A stretch of 64,000 nt of DNA from an uncultured delta proteobacterium. GTDB taxonomy: Bacteria > Desulfobacterota > Desulfobacteria > Desulfobacterales > JAHEIW01. The DNA is taken from positions 331,556 through 395,555 of the forward strand of contig CAVPNL010000005.1 in assembly GCA_963706575.1 (NCBI GenBank), written 5' to 3'. A program made the translations under genes and the position numbers. The first letter of the stretch is position 1; the number at the start of each line of letters is the position of its first letter. Under the pieces are notes generated by a model, which saw nothing but the letters and a program-made list of their open reading frames with translations, did no database searches and was not told where the DNA came from. Positions 19,345 through 30,718 of the stretch are shown in pieces.

Positions 19345-19941
19345 GTGAAGGAGATCGATGCCAGAGGATTATCCTGCCCTGCGCCGGTGGTGCAAACCAG
19401 AATTGCCATTGAAGAAGGATACTTGAAAGCCATCAGGGTGGTCGTGGACAACGAAGCTGCCCAGCAAAATGTCAAACGTTTCCTTGAATCTCAGGGTTTT
19501 GACGTCGCTCTGGAAAAAGTTGATGATCATTATTCCGTGACGGGCCAATGCGATAAAGTAACTGCCAAACAACCATCGGAAGCCTCTGAAGCGGAAGCCC
19601 GGCAGACGAAAATCATGATCATGATCGCTACGGATCGGATCGGATATGGGGATGACGAACTGGGATTGAAGCTGATGGTCAGCTTCATCCGCACTTTAAA
19701 AGAGATGGGTCCGGATCTGTGGCGGCTGGTTTTTGTCAACAACGGTGTAAATCTGGCCATTCAGAGCTCAGAAGTCCTTGTCGATCTCAAAGAACTGGAA
19801 GACAGTGGGCTTCAGATTCTGGTTTGCGGAACCTGCCTCACCCATTTCCATCTTCTCGAGCAAAAGCGGGTCGGTGAAACTACGAATATGTTGGATATTG
19901 TTACCGCCATGCAGCTTGCCGATAAAGTAATTAATATTTAA
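19345..19941 (+). CDS. yedF: Sulfurtransferase-like selenium metabolism protein YedF (TusA/SirA + DsrE domains)
   Basis: IDARGLSCPAPVV; G.GDDELG..LM; VCGTCL; VGETTNM. Adjacent to selD. Confidence 0.85.
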   Translation: MKEIDARGLSCPAPVVQTRIAIEEGYLKAIRVVVDNEAAQQNVKRFLESQGFDVALEKVDDHYSVTGQCDKVTAKQPSEASEAEARQTKIMIMIATDRIGYGDDELGLKLMVSFIRTLKEMGPDLWRLVFVNNGVNLAIQSSEVLVDLKELEDSGLQILVCGTCLTHFHLLEQKRVGETTNMLDIVTAMQLADKVINI

Positions 19942-20052
19942 CTATTTCAGATGGCGTGCTTTCCACAGCTAATTTAAGAATTTTGTTAACCGACCTAATT
20001 TGTGAAAGCGACTCAAATTCCATTCCGGCCAGACACATATCCGCAATATCCC

Positions 20053-20547
20053 CTAATTTTTTTCTTCTTTGTCTATTTCTTTCAGCCGGCGCAATATTTC
20101 TCTGGGGGAACCGGACAAAGAAATCTTCAGCAATTCATCCATCTTTTTTTCCTCTATTTTTTTCTTATTCATGACTTTCTTTTTGTACGCATTTTTAAGC
20201 GCTTCTAGAAGCTGGTCGAGGTCGCAGGGTTTTTGCAAATAGGAATAGGCACCGCTTCGGGTGCACTCCACCGCCGAATCGATTGTTCCGTGACCGGTAA
20301 GAATAACAACTTCCATCCATTTATGTTCGCTTTTTAGCGTCTTCAGCGTTTCTTCGCCGTTTATTCCCGGCATTTTCAAATCCACAAGAGCGACGTCAAT
20401 GGAAGCCGTTCGCGCTGCTTCTATTGCTTTTTCCCCCCGGTTTACGGCGACAACATTAAAATCCCGCACTTCCAGGCTTTTGCTGATTGACTCCAAAAAT
20501 TGGTCTTCATCATCTACGATTAAAAGATTAATTTTATCTTTTTCCAT
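20053..20547 (-). CDS. Single-domain response regulator with a short charged tail
   Basis: LLIVDDE..VDLKMPG..LTGHG..QKP. Confidence 0.85.
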   Translation of the reverse strand: MEKDKINLLIVDDEDQFLESISKSLEVRDFNVVAVNRGEKAIEAARTASIDVALVDLKMPGINGEETLKTLKSEHKWMEVVILTGHGTIDSAVECTRSGAYSYLQKPCDLDQLLEALKNAYKKKVMNKKKIEEKKMDELLKISLSGSPREILRRLKEIDKEEKN

Positions 20548-20611
20548 GACCGGTGCTCCTTTTCCTGCATTTTTCTGCGGGTCATATATGACAGACCCTG
20601 CCAAATATTGT

Positions 20612-22678
20612 TTAAACAGCTAACCATCTCCAATATCCGAAAAATACCCAGAGCCACAAAACCGCCAGACTTAAAATAAAAATTGCAAACCCGTGGATAA
20701 AAAAATCTTTCATTGTAACTAACTGCCCGCCGGTTTCAGGGTCTTGGGCCATACTGAAAACGATTGCGTTGTTTGGCGTGCCAATGATCAGCATATGCGC
20801 AAATGAAGACGCAAAAGCGGTAGCCAGCCCGACCATCAGTGGGGATGTCCCGGAGAGCGTGGCCATTGGAACCGTTATCGGTCCCACGGCAGCTACGGTA
20901 GCGCCGTCGCTCATAAAGTTGGTTAAAATGCCGGTGATAAAGCTGCTGGATATGCAAAGACCTGTTCCGCTTTTTAAAAATTCAGGAAGTATAGACACAA
21001 AACTGCTGGCGAGCCAGAGAGCGGCTCCGGTACTGGCCAGTCCATATCCCATAGCACTGGCTGCCGCATACAGGGCCACAACATCCCAGTGAATGCTGTT
21101 TATGTCCTTCCAGCGCAGGATGCCCAGAATATTCAAAAGAACCAGGCACAATAGCACCGGCCCGCCCATACCCACCCGGCTGGACAGGGTCGTCCATAAT
21201 ACAATCACAAGTATCAGAACCCCTGCGGCTTTATATTCATCTCCCGTCATTTTGCCAATTTTTTTCGATTCCCGTTTTACTTCTTCCGCAACATTGACCG
21301 ACTTGACTTCAATCCGGTTTCTAAAAACCAGTAAAAAATAGGCGGCAATAACCAATGCCATAACCGGCACAAAGGGCAATCCCATTTTGATCCACTGTCC
21401 GAATGAAATCTGGACTCCGTAGTCTGAAAAAATACCCAGCATAACCGCGTTACGCCCGCCTGCCGCGGGTGATCCTGGACCACCGACATTGGCACAGAAG
21501 GTCAACGTGAGAAGGAGCATGACCGCCATGCCTTTATCCCTTTTTATGCCTGCGGATTTAATCGCTCCCATGTAGACGAGCATCAAGATGGGCGCTATAA
21601 AAGCGACCAGCGCATGTTCCGAAAGAAACGATGCGGTCACGGCAAGAAGGGGCCCGAAGATAAGCGCAAACCGGCGAAGGGATGTGCTGGTGCCCAGCAG
21701 CACAATACCAATTCTGCGATCCAGGCCTGTTTTGCTGATGGCAGCAGCAAGGGCAAGGACACCGAAAATGAATGCAACCGAATCCTTTGCATAGGCCTTT
21801 ATGACCTCGTTCGGCGGAAGAACTCCGAAAAAATACATGAGAACGCCCACCAAAAGCGCGGTGACGCCTATTGGAATTGCTCCGGTAGCCCAGAAAAGAG
21901 CGGCCACAACCAGTACACCGACCATGACTTTTGCTCGAAAGGCGACCGGGTTGGTTTCTAAAACCGCTTTTTCTGCTTTCCCCTCAGGAGGCGCTGTTTT
22001 ATTTACCAATTTCGCCTTTCTGGCATAATAATCCGAGATGCTCTGGCCATTTTCCATCCGACGATATTCTGAATATCCGGCAATGGTTTCTCCTATTTCT
22101 CCGGTTTTTTTTGAAACCAAAAAAGTTTCAAGCTGCTGGGGGGTAGGCATGAGCGTAATGCTTACAAAAAGTATAATACCGAACAGAATTACACCCGGCC
22201 GGGCGTTATGCGCGCCAATCAACCAATCTTTCAGACCGCTTCTTTTTATTTCCGGTATCTCGTGCCGAGCAAGGGCATGAACCCGCTCTTGCAAAGCAGC
22301 ATTGATGACGTTGATCAATTCGTCCAAAGCACACGGCTTTTCAAGGTAGAAAAATACGTCATGTTTTCCGGTTATCCTGGCTGACTCCATACAGCCGTGA
22401 CCCGTATGCATGATCACCTGAACCTCGGGCCGTATCTTTTTTATCTCTTTTAAGGTCTGGATACCATCCATCCCCGGCATCCGCTGATCAAGAACCACCA
22501 CCTCAGGATTCATATGCCGGACTATTTTTATGGCGTCTTCTCCGCTACTCGTGTCTAAAACCATGAAACCTCTGACTTCGAGTTGCTGGGCCAGAGCCTG
22601 CCGGAATCTGTCCTCATCATCAATTAGCAATATCGTCGCTTTTGAATTCTTTCCGTTGACCTTTAAGCTGGCATCCAT
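20612..22678 (-). CDS. Receiver domain fused to a DASS/SLC13 anion transporter
   Basis: N-terminal ILLIDDE..LDQRMPGMDG..HTGHG..EKP. Transporter part has WATGAIP, FLSEHA, GGPGSPAAGGRNA, TNFMSDGA, IIGTPNNAIV. Confidence 0.85.
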   Translation of the reverse strand: MDASLKVNGKNSKATILLIDDEDRFRQALAQQLEVRGFMVLDTSSGEDAIKIVRHMNPEVVVLDQRMPGMDGIQTLKEIKKIRPEVQVIMHTGHGCMESARITGKHDVFFYLEKPCALDELINVINAALQERVHALARHEIPEIKRSGLKDWLIGAHNARPGVILFGIILFVSITLMPTPQQLETFLVSKKTGEIGETIAGYSEYRRMENGQSISDYYARKAKLVNKTAPPEGKAEKAVLETNPVAFRAKVMVGVLVVAALFWATGAIPIGVTALLVGVLMYFFGVLPPNEVIKAYAKDSVAFIFGVLALAAAISKTGLDRRIGIVLLGTSTSLRRFALIFGPLLAVTASFLSEHALVAFIAPILMLVYMGAIKSAGIKRDKGMAVMLLLTLTFCANVGGPGSPAAGGRNAVMLGIFSDYGVQISFGQWIKMGLPFVPVMALVIAAYFLLVFRNRIEVKSVNVAEEVKRESKKIGKMTGDEYKAAGVLILVIVLWTTLSSRVGMGGPVLLCLVLLNILGILRWKDINSIHWDVVALYAAASAMGYGLASTGAALWLASSFVSILPEFLKSGTGLCISSSFITGILTNFMSDGATVAAVGPITVPMATLSGTSPLMVGLATAFASSFAHMLIIGTPNNAIVFSMAQDPETGGQLVTMKDFFIHGFAIFILSLAVLWLWVFFGYWRWLAV

Positions 22679-24401
22679 TCTCTGCTCCTCTTGTCATTTG
22701 AATTGGTAACAAAACCGTGAAAGTACTACCGGCACCGGGCATACTTTGAACATCAATTGATCCGCCCATTGACTTGACAATGCTTAACGAAACACTCAGA
22801 CCAAGGCCGGTTCCCTTGCCCGTTTCCTTGGTGGTATGAAAGGGGTCAAAAATTTTTTGAATCTGATCATAGTTCATGCCATGACCGTTATCGGTTACGG
22901 CAATTCGAATATTTTTTGCATCCCGGGATGTGGATAGGGTGATCGTTCCGGATCCGCTAATCGCATCGCCCGCGTTATTGATCAGATTCAGGAAAACCTG
23001 TCTGATTTGATCTGGATCTACCAGAATTTCCGGAAGTTTAGGGTCATAATGACGATCGATTTTAATATTGGCGACCGCAAACTCACGTTCCTTGAAACCG
23101 TGCATGACCTCGTCGAGAATTTTGTTAATATTACAGGGGACAGGCCTCGGGATGTTTTTGCGCCCGTAATTGAGCAATTGATGCGTGATGCTGCGTGCCC
23201 GGAAGGTTGCGGATTTAATATTTTCCAGCTCTTTGATGATATTTTCGGGTCTGGCATCCAATTCAAATTCAGGGTTTAGCATATCCTTGATAACCCCGCT
23301 TGATGCCAGAATAATGGCTAACGGATTATTGATTTCATGCGCCACGCCGGTTGCAAGCTCTCCGACGGAGGCCAGTTTTGAGGCATGTAAAAGTTGAAAG
23401 TGAAGCTCTTCACGTTTTTCAGCGTTTTCTTGGGCTTTGTTTAATAAGGTGTTGGTTGTCAGCCAGATCGCCGTGGCGATGATAAGGATAATGAGCGCAG
23501 TGCCGGTTATCATCACTCGCCGTGCGCGGTACATCTGAGCATGGACAATGCTCAGGGGCTCTCTGACGATCAGGGCCCAAGGCGTTTCCTTTAACCAGGA
23601 GTAGGCAATCAGAATTGAATCGCCATTTTTCTTGATTTCCTGGACCCCGGACGACTTTGGTTCAGGAGGCATGAAATCACTTAAGCCGAACAATTCCCCT
23701 TTACCCGGATCAACAATCTGATAGGTGCCCGCATTATTTATCAGCGCGGATTCAACCCCCTTGCCGGAACTGATCGTGCGCAAAAACATATAGAATTTGT
23801 CCGGATCAAGCGTTGAACGCATTGCATACAATTGGCCGTCAAGCATCTGCCTGACGGCGATGGTGAAATGCGGTTTATTTCTGAAGCCAAGGTAAATGTC
23901 ACTGATATAATAATCGCGGTTCTGTTGCATCAGAGATATAAACCAATCTTCCTCGCCATAGACCTTGTTCTGTAAATGCGGAAAAGGACCGGCATAGCCA
24001 ATCTGCAAGCCGCTTGCATTTAAAAAGCCGACATCGATAAATGCATCGCTAACCCGCCTTAAATTTTGCAGGTAGTTGTTCATTGTTTGCTGGGTCGGTG
24101 CAATGCTAAACTCTTTGCTGTGGTATAAACTGAAAATATTAACGACCCTTTCCTGCAGAAACAGATCGATCGTATTTCTCTGGCTTTCAGATATGGTGAT
24201 CAGGTTCATTTTTGCCGTCGCTTTTAACGTGATCTGAAACTGGAAATGAAAATAGACTGATAAAGCCGCGAGCGGCACGATAAAGGCGCCCAGAAGGCCG
24301 ATCCTCAAGCGCAATCTGAGTTGCCTGAAGTATGCCTTTATGTCTGGATGATGATCTTGAGAATCATTTGTGTCCGGAGGGGAGCTTAATTTTCGTTTCA
24401 T
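22620..24401 (-). CDS. Membrane sensor histidine kinase with a Cache-like domain
   Basis: Two TM segments, YYISDIYLGFRNKPHFTIAV, GVAHEINNPL, NAGDA, DNGHG, GTGLGL. Start codon uncertain (24401 or 24422). Confidence 0.85.
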   Translation of the reverse strand: MKRKLSSPPDTNDSQDHHPDIKAYFRQLRLRLRIGLLGAFIVPLAALSVYFHFQFQITLKATAKMNLITISESQRNTIDLFLQERVVNIFSLYHSKEFSIAPTQQTMNNYLQNLRRVSDAFIDVGFLNASGLQIGYAGPFPHLQNKVYGEEDWFISLMQQNRDYYISDIYLGFRNKPHFTIAVRQMLDGQLYAMRSTLDPDKFYMFLRTISSGKGVESALINNAGTYQIVDPGKGELFGLSDFMPPEPKSSGVQEIKKNGDSILIAYSWLKETPWALIVREPLSIVHAQMYRARRVMITGTALIILIIATAIWLTTNTLLNKAQENAEKREELHFQLLHASKLASVGELATGVAHEINNPLAIILASSGVIKDMLNPEFELDARPENIIKELENIKSATFRARSITHQLLNYGRKNIPRPVPCNINKILDEVMHGFKEREFAVANIKIDRHYDPKLPEILVDPDQIRQVFLNLINNAGDAISGSGTITLSTSRDAKNIRIAVTDNGHGMNYDQIQKIFDPFHTTKETGKGTGLGLSVSLSIVKSMGGSIDVQSMPGAGSTFTVLLPIQMTRGAENGCQLKGQRKEFKSDDIAN

Positions 24402-24519
24402 GGGGTGAACGACTTTTTGCACATTATGTTTGATCTTCGAATAATGAATAAAATCTTTTTCAAAAAAAAATCTGCAGTGAAGACTGAAGATAATGCAGAT
24501 TGTTGGTCAAATATACCAA

Positions 24520-24535
24520 AGCATGGAGCATGCCA
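24520..24535 (-). promoter_or_regulatory. Sigma-54 (-24/-12) promoter
   Basis: Minus strand TGGCATGCTCCATGCT (GG-N10-GC). Confidence 0.7.
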
Positions 24536-24619
24536 GGAGCGCTCATTTAGAAAAAGTTATTTTATATTGGGAAGTTATGTTTTTTTAAATTGATGGGCAG
24601 GATTGAACTGACTTAAAAT

Positions 24620-24656
24620 TTAGGAAAATTTCGAAATTTTCATCGTAAAATTTCGA
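24620..24656 (-). promoter_or_regulatory. Conserved upstream activator site, copy 1
   Basis: Minus strand TCGAAATTTTACGATGAAAATTTCGAAATTTTCCTAA. Confidence 0.7.
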
Positions 24657-24756
24657 AATTTTATGTTATGGTAAACTCAAAATTCGGCTTAATAGACGTA
24701 TCCTGCGATTTTCCGGGGATATTTCGAAATCTGTGCATTCTCGAGACAGGGTTGAT

Positions 24757-27449
24757 ATGACCATTCGCAAAAAAATGATCCTGATTCTATTGGCAGCTAC
24801 GATTATCCCTTTATGCCTTGTCGGTTTACTGGGATATTTTAATGCCCGCAGGATATTGGAGACAGTACGAATGGAAAACTTGAAAAGTATTGCCGATCTA
24901 AAGGCCAAACGGATCGAAGACTTTTTTGCCGAAATCAAAAACACATCGCTATCGCGCAACAACGTCCGACCCTCAAAAAAAATGCCTGCGATGCTAGCCG
25001 GGTTTTCCGGCGACTGAGTCCAGCCCGATTTATGAGGCCATCAGAGACGAACTGGACCAAGCCTTAAAGATATACCAACCGGTTTATAATTTTATAAACG
25101 TCATTTTGGTCAATCCGGAAGGGAGAATCGTTTATGTTTTGAATCCGTCTTCCGCCGCCCGAACTCCTCGGCCATTCCTTACCGGAATCTCTGGGGAAGA
25201 TCATTTAATGACAGAAACGAGATGGAATTCAATTTTCAGATATATTTTGAAATAATTTGAAGCCAATACATTCTCCATGTTCGCTACGGCGCCCATCCAT
25301 TCTTTTGAGGATCGGTATGGTGGGGTTGGTCGTTTTTGAAATCGACATGGCACCGATTTACGAACTTATCCAGGATACAACCGGACTGGGTGATGACCGG
25401 TGAGACCTTAATCGCTAAAAAAGCTGGAAATCAAGCACTGTTTCTCAACCCACTTCGTCATGATCAAGATGCGGCCTTAAAAAGAAAGGTTGTTTTCGGA
25501 GAGAAGACAAGACCTTCCCGTTCAAGAAGCTCTCAAAGGCAACAATGGATCTGGTTTGTCCGATGGACTATCGCGGGCAGAAGGTTATCGCAGCCTGGCG
25601 ATACATTCCTTCACTGGACTGGGGGATGGTGGCCAAGATAGACCTCGCTGAAGCATTTGAACCTGTTACCACGTCTAAGAGATTTTGTCCTCGTGCTCGT
25701 AATTGCTGTTATTGTGCTCAGTATATTTGTCGCTTTTATCGTTGCAAAATCCATTTCTGATCCGATTCAAATTTTGCAAGCGGGGGCGGAGGAAATTGGG
25801 AAGGGCAATTTAGACTATAAAGTTGCTACCGATGCGAAAGATGAAATCGGACAGCTTGGGCGGGCATTCGATCAAATGACGGAACAGCTAAAGGCCGTGA
25901 CGGCTTCAAGGGATGAACTGGATAAAGAGATAAAAGAACGCAGAAGGGTTGAGAAAGAGTTACAAAAAAGTATGAATGAGGTGGGTGAGCGGATCAAAGA
26001 GCTTAACTGCCTTTTTGAGATATCACGTCTGATGGAAAGACGGGGGCTCACTTTAAAGGAGATACTCCAGGCAATCGTTGAACTCATTCCGCCTGCCTTG
26101 CAGTATCCAGAGATCACGTGTGCCAAGATTATTACAGAAGGTCAGGAATTCAGCACAGGAAACTTTGAAGAAACCAAATGGGCGCTTACCCAAAAAATTA
26201 TTGTCAATGATAAGGCAGTTGGCGCTTTAGCTGTTTGTTATCTCGAAGAACTACCGGAAAGCGATGAGGGGCCTTTTTTGAAAGAAGAAAGAGCTCTGAT
26301 CAATACTATCGCTGAGCGAATTGGAAGAATCATAGAGCGCAATAAAGCACAAACGGCTTTAGTCGAAAGCGAAAAACGCTTTCGGGATTTAGTGGAGCAT
26401 TCATTAACGGGTATATCCATCATTCAGCAAGGCCAGGTCGTTTATCAGAATCCGGAGCAGGAAAGGTTGCTGGGTCCATTACCTCGTCCGATTAAATTTA
26501 CAGACACCAATTCTATCCACCCGGATGATGTTGAAAAAGTAAACGCATTTTATCAAAGCATCAGGGCAGGCAAATTGCCGATTGGAGCGATAGAATTTCA
26601 GATTTTATCCGCCGGGTGAAAAAGTCAACCGGAACAATATGAAATGGGTCCACTGCCAGGCCAGCCAAATAGAATATCAGGGCAAAGATGCCGTAATGGT
26701 GAATATGATGGATATGACCAAGACCAAAGAGCTCGAGCATCTTTTGATCATCCAGGATAAGATGGCCTCTCTGGGTCGTGTGGCAGCCGGTATTGCACAT
26801 GAAATACGCAACCCCCTTTCGGGGATCAATATATATTTAAATACCCTCAAAAAGCTTCACCATCAGGCCGGGAGCGAAGAAAAGGTTGAACAGATATTGC
26901 GACATCTCCAGTCCGCATCTATCAAAATCGAATCCGTTATCCGCAGGGTCATGGATTTCGCAAAACCTAGCGAACCGAAGCTGACTTTAATCGATATTAA
27001 TGAACCCATCACAGATGCGATTAACCTTACTGCGGTGACGATGCGAAAAAGTGGTGTAAATATTGAGACATTTTTAAGCAACTGATTTGCCCCGATCATA
27101 TGCGGATAAAAATTTGATTGAAGAGATAGTTTTAAACCTGTTGAATAACGCTGCCGAAGCCATGAAAACCATGGAAGCCGGTAAAAAAATTGTCGTTGCA
27201 TCGTTTGTTGAGGACGACCAAATTGTTATCCGGGTCTCTGATTCGGGCCCGGGCGTTCCCCTGGAAATTAGAGATAATATACTCGACCCGTATTTTACCA
27301 CCAAACACGAGGGTACCGGTATCGGCTTGAGTTTATGCCACCGAATCATCACCGATCATGGTGGATCATTGACTGTATCGGACAGTGAATTCGGAGGGGC
27401 GGAATTTCAGATAAAAATTCCAATTAATGTAAAGAAATTTTCCAGGTAA
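24757..27449 (+). pseudogene. Cache-HAMP-PAS sensor histidine kinase split by multiple frameshifts (sequencing error or decay)
   Basis: At least six ORF fragments: MTIRKKMILILL, DYRGQKVIAAWRYIP, DEIGQLGRAFDQM, SEKRFRDLVE, GIAHEIRNPL, DSGPG/GTGIGL. Confidence 0.75.
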
Positions 27450-27476
27450 CCCGTATCCGGAAACCAGGAGTGAATC

Positions 27477-28868
27477 ATGATTACCTTTTCCATATACGTC
27501 ATAGATGACGAACAAACCATACGAGATGGGATCACGATGACCCTTGAGTCTGACTATCGGGTTACGGTCATTTTCAAGCGCCGAGCCGGCCATTGATGCT
27601 TTGGAAGAGGATCCTCCGGATTTAATTTTGCTTGATGTCGGTTTGCCGGGAATCAATGGAATTGAAGCCCTTCGTCAAATCAAATCCTTAAATCCGGATA
27701 TTCTGGTCATCATGATCACCGCCTATGAAGATGTCGATACGGTGATCTCTGCCATGAAACTGGGTGCCTACGATTATGTGATCAAGCCGCTTCACATGGA
27801 CGGATTGGAGGTCACCATACGCAATGCCCTGGATTCCATACGGCTGAAAAAGGAAATTCAAGCAGCTCCAGGAAACGTATCTGAAGGAGAACATTCCGTG
27901 TTTTATTAGCGAAAGCAATGCCATTCAGGATGTGATGGACTTTGTCCAGATGGTGGCCAAAAGCCCGGACACACCCAGTGCTCATCATGGGTGAAACCGG
28001 GACCGGCAAAGAACTAATCGCCAGCGCCATTCACTATAACAGCCCGAATTTCAAAGCGCCTTTCGCCACCGTGAATTGCGCTGCCATTCCCAAAGATCTT
28101 ATCGAAAGCGAGCTTTTCGGTTATGAAAAAGGCGCTTTCAGCGGTGCCGGTGCTTCCGGCAAAAAGGGCTTAATCGAAGAGTCGGCCAACGGTACCCTTT
28201 TTTTGGATGAGGTTGGCGACCTGAGCCTGGAAGCCCAGGCCAAGCTGCTGCGGTTTCTTGAGCTCGGCGAATTTTACAGAGTCGGGGGTACAAAAAAATG
28301 CATAATTAAGACCCGGGTCATTTCTGCCACCAATAAAGATCTAAATAAAATGATCGAAGACGGTTTATTTAGAAAAGACCTGTATTTTCGGCTGGGGGTG
28401 ATTAAAGTTCAGGTACCGTCTTTAAACGAGCGACCGGATGATATTGTGCCTCTGGCAAAATATTTTCTCCAAGAATTCAGCGATAAGTTTGGTAAGAAAT
28501 TCACAGCAATTTCTTCAGAAGCCGAGACTGCCTTACTGGCCCACAACTGGACCGGCAATGTGCGGGAGTTAAAAAACCTTATCGAAGGAGCGGTGCTGAT
28601 CGGCAAAGGACCGGAGCTGACCGAAAAAGAGCTGGGATTAGATGAACCCGTCTTAAGGGAGGAATCAACGAAAATCGATATCAGAGAACAGTTGCCGCCT
28701 TTTCCCGCTGAAGGGATGAATCTATCCGAACAACTCCAATCATTTGAAACGTATTATATTAAGACGGCTTTAAAGATTGCAAAGGGTAACGAAAGTCAGG
28801 CTGCCAGGCTGTTGCAAATGAATCACCACACCTTCCGCTACCGCAAAAAAAAATTGATAGGAGACTAG
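27477..28868 (+). pseudogene. NtrC-family sigma-54 activator (REC-AAA+-HTH) with about three frameshifts
   Basis: [58 protein letters not shown]-terminal Fis-type HTH. Frame changes near 27565, 27863 and 27975. Confidence 0.85.
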
Positions 28869-28989
28869 CTCCTTATCTTTGACACATCACTTACTAACCG
28901 ACCAGATCATGTGATTTATTCTCCAGTTGCTTCTTTAATCTCATCATAAATAAACCTCCGACTCAATTCTCGAGACTCAAGCCTTCATA

Positions 28990-29026
28990 TTGAAATTTTG
29001 CGAAAACAATTTCGAAATTTTTCTAA
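28990..29026 (+). promoter_or_regulatory. Conserved upstream activator site, copy 2
   Basis: TTGAAATTTTGCGAAAACAATTTCGAAATTTTTCTAA. Confidence 0.75.
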
Positions 29027-29111
29027 TTCAAGAATCAATTGAACGTGTCACCTAAAAAAACAATTCCAATAAGCATTTGGTTTTATATAATTTATCATCA
29101 ACAACACAACT

Positions 29112-29127
29112 TGGCACGCAATATGCT
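29112..29127 (+). promoter_or_regulatory. Sigma-54 promoter
   Basis: TGGCACGCAATATGCT. Confidence 0.8.
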
Positions 29128-29193
29128 CAAAGACTTGATGAACAAACATTCAGCTAGTTGGATGTCCATCAAAAATTTCCAAGGAGCCAAACC

Positions 29194-29712
29194 ATGATTC
29201 CAAAAATTCGAAGAATTCTTTATGCCACCGATCTTTCCCCCAATTCTGCTTACGCATTCCAATATGCCATCAATTCTGCGATCAAGCATGACGCCGTCAT
29301 CATCATCCTGCATGTTTTTGAACCGCTGTCCACTGCTGTTCGCGCCCAAATGGGACTCTATCTTGATGATGAGCGCAGAAAAAAAATCTTCGACGATCAG
29401 GTCAGCTACACCATCGATCGGATAAAAAAACGGTTAAGCACCTTTTCAGACAAAGAATTAAAAGATTATCCCAAAGCTGAAGATCGTATTGAATCGATTC
29501 AAGTCTTTGAGGGCTTTCCAGCTGACGCTATTCTGGAAAAGGCCAATGAATTGGAATGTGATGCGATCGTTATGGGAACCCATGGAAAAGGGATTCTTGC
29601 AAATACATTTTTGGGAAGTGTCGCCAAACGGGTTCTGCGTCGAAGCCGCCTACCCGTTTTTATTATACCCCTGCCCAGAGGCGAGACAGACCTAACAGTG
29701 CATGATGATTAA
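29194..29712 (+). CDS. Universal stress protein
   Basis: ILYATDLS; IVMGTHGKG...LGSVAKRVLR. RBS AAGGAG. Confidence 0.9.
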   Translation: MIPKIRRILYATDLSPNSAYAFQYAINSAIKHDAVIIILHVFEPLSTAVRAQMGLYLDDERRKKIFDDQVSYTIDRIKKRLSTFSDKELKDYPKAEDRIESIQVFEGFPADAILEKANELECDAIVMGTHGKGILANTFLGSVAKRVLRRSRLPVFIIPLPRGETDLTVHDD

Positions 29713-29751
29713 GTCTTTATTCAATCTCGGGGAAATTTATTGGAGGTTTAG

Positions 29752-30147
29752 ATGAAGATAGTGGTGGGATATGATGGATCCAATGCTTCCCAAAAAGCAC
29801 TGATCTTGGCCAAACAACACGCTGCTACCTGGCAAGGAAAAATAGAAGTCGTCCAGGCAATTGCCCGCAAAGCCCCCCTTTCCTATGACCAGATTGAGAA
29901 AGCCGAAAAGCAGTTAGCGCAGCAGATGAAAAGCATATTGGCCGGCAACAGGATAAGGTTTGAGACAACGCTGCTGGTCGGGGCAAAGGAGCCGGGAGAA
30001 CAGATCGTCAATTTTGCGGAAAGCATTCATGCTGACGAGATCATCATCGGTTCCAGAAAGAGATCTAAAATTGGCAAATTCGTCCTGGGTTCAACAACCC
30101 AGGTCGTTGTTCTCAATGCACCCTGCCCGGTTATCTTGGTGAAATGA
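29752..30147 (+). CDS. Universal stress protein
   Basis: IVVGYDGS; IIIGSRKRS..GKFVLGSTTQ; APCPV. Confidence 0.9.
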   Translation: MKIVVGYDGSNASQKALILAKQHAATWQGKIEVVQAIARKAPLSYDQIEKAEKQLAQQMKSILAGNRIRFETTLLVGAKEPGEQIVNFAESIHADEIIIGSRKRSKIGKFVLGSTTQVVVLNAPCPVILVK

Positions 30148-30217
30148 GTACAGACCCGGGGAAAGGTAACCTTGCGGATAGGGTCAACTAAGCTTGCATA
30201 GGAGGTAACGCTTTAAA

Positions 30218-30619
30218 ATGAATGTGTTTAGCGCACTAAAGTACAAGAAAATCCTGCTCATAGATGATGATGAGTGGATAAGAGAGGCCATGCGCATATT
30301 TTTCGAGACCGAAAACTGCAAGATAACAGCGCTTGAAACAGCCGAAGAGGCACTCAAAATGCTTCATCAACAGGATTATGACATTGTCATTTGCGATTAT
30401 AAATTGCCGGGCCTGAGCGGGTTGACTTTTCTAAAAGAAGTGCGGCAGACGCAGTCGGATGCGTTAACCATACTGATAACTGCTTACAAAACGAACGATC
30501 TGGTGTCAGAGGCCAAAAAGATCGGTATTCATGGGTTCATTGCTAAACCCTTCACCTCAGAAACAATTGAAGCCGCTTTAAGTCATCTAATTGCCAGGCA
30601 GAAATATGGCAACCAATGA
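30218..30619 (+). CDS. Single-domain response regulator
   Basis: LLIDDD..CDYKLPG..ITAY..AKPF. Confidence 0.9.
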   Translation: MNVFSALKYKKILLIDDDEWIREAMRIFFETENCKITALETAEEALKMLHQQDYDIVICDYKLPGLSGLTFLKEVRQTQSDALTILITAYKTNDLVSEAKKIGIHGFIAKPFTSETIEAALSHLIARQKYGNQ

Positions 30620-30718
30620 AATGAAGGCGCATTAATATCGCAGTTCAGATTGCCGGGAGCAAAATTTTACAAATCGAATTCGATTCATCTATCCACCGCA
30701 ACCATTAAGGGTGTAAAA

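Noticed and set aside
30150..30200. Possible riboswitch or hairpin between the USP and response regulator genes
   Set aside because: Only a short GACCC/GGGTC pairing; I cannot match it to a riboswitch consensus.
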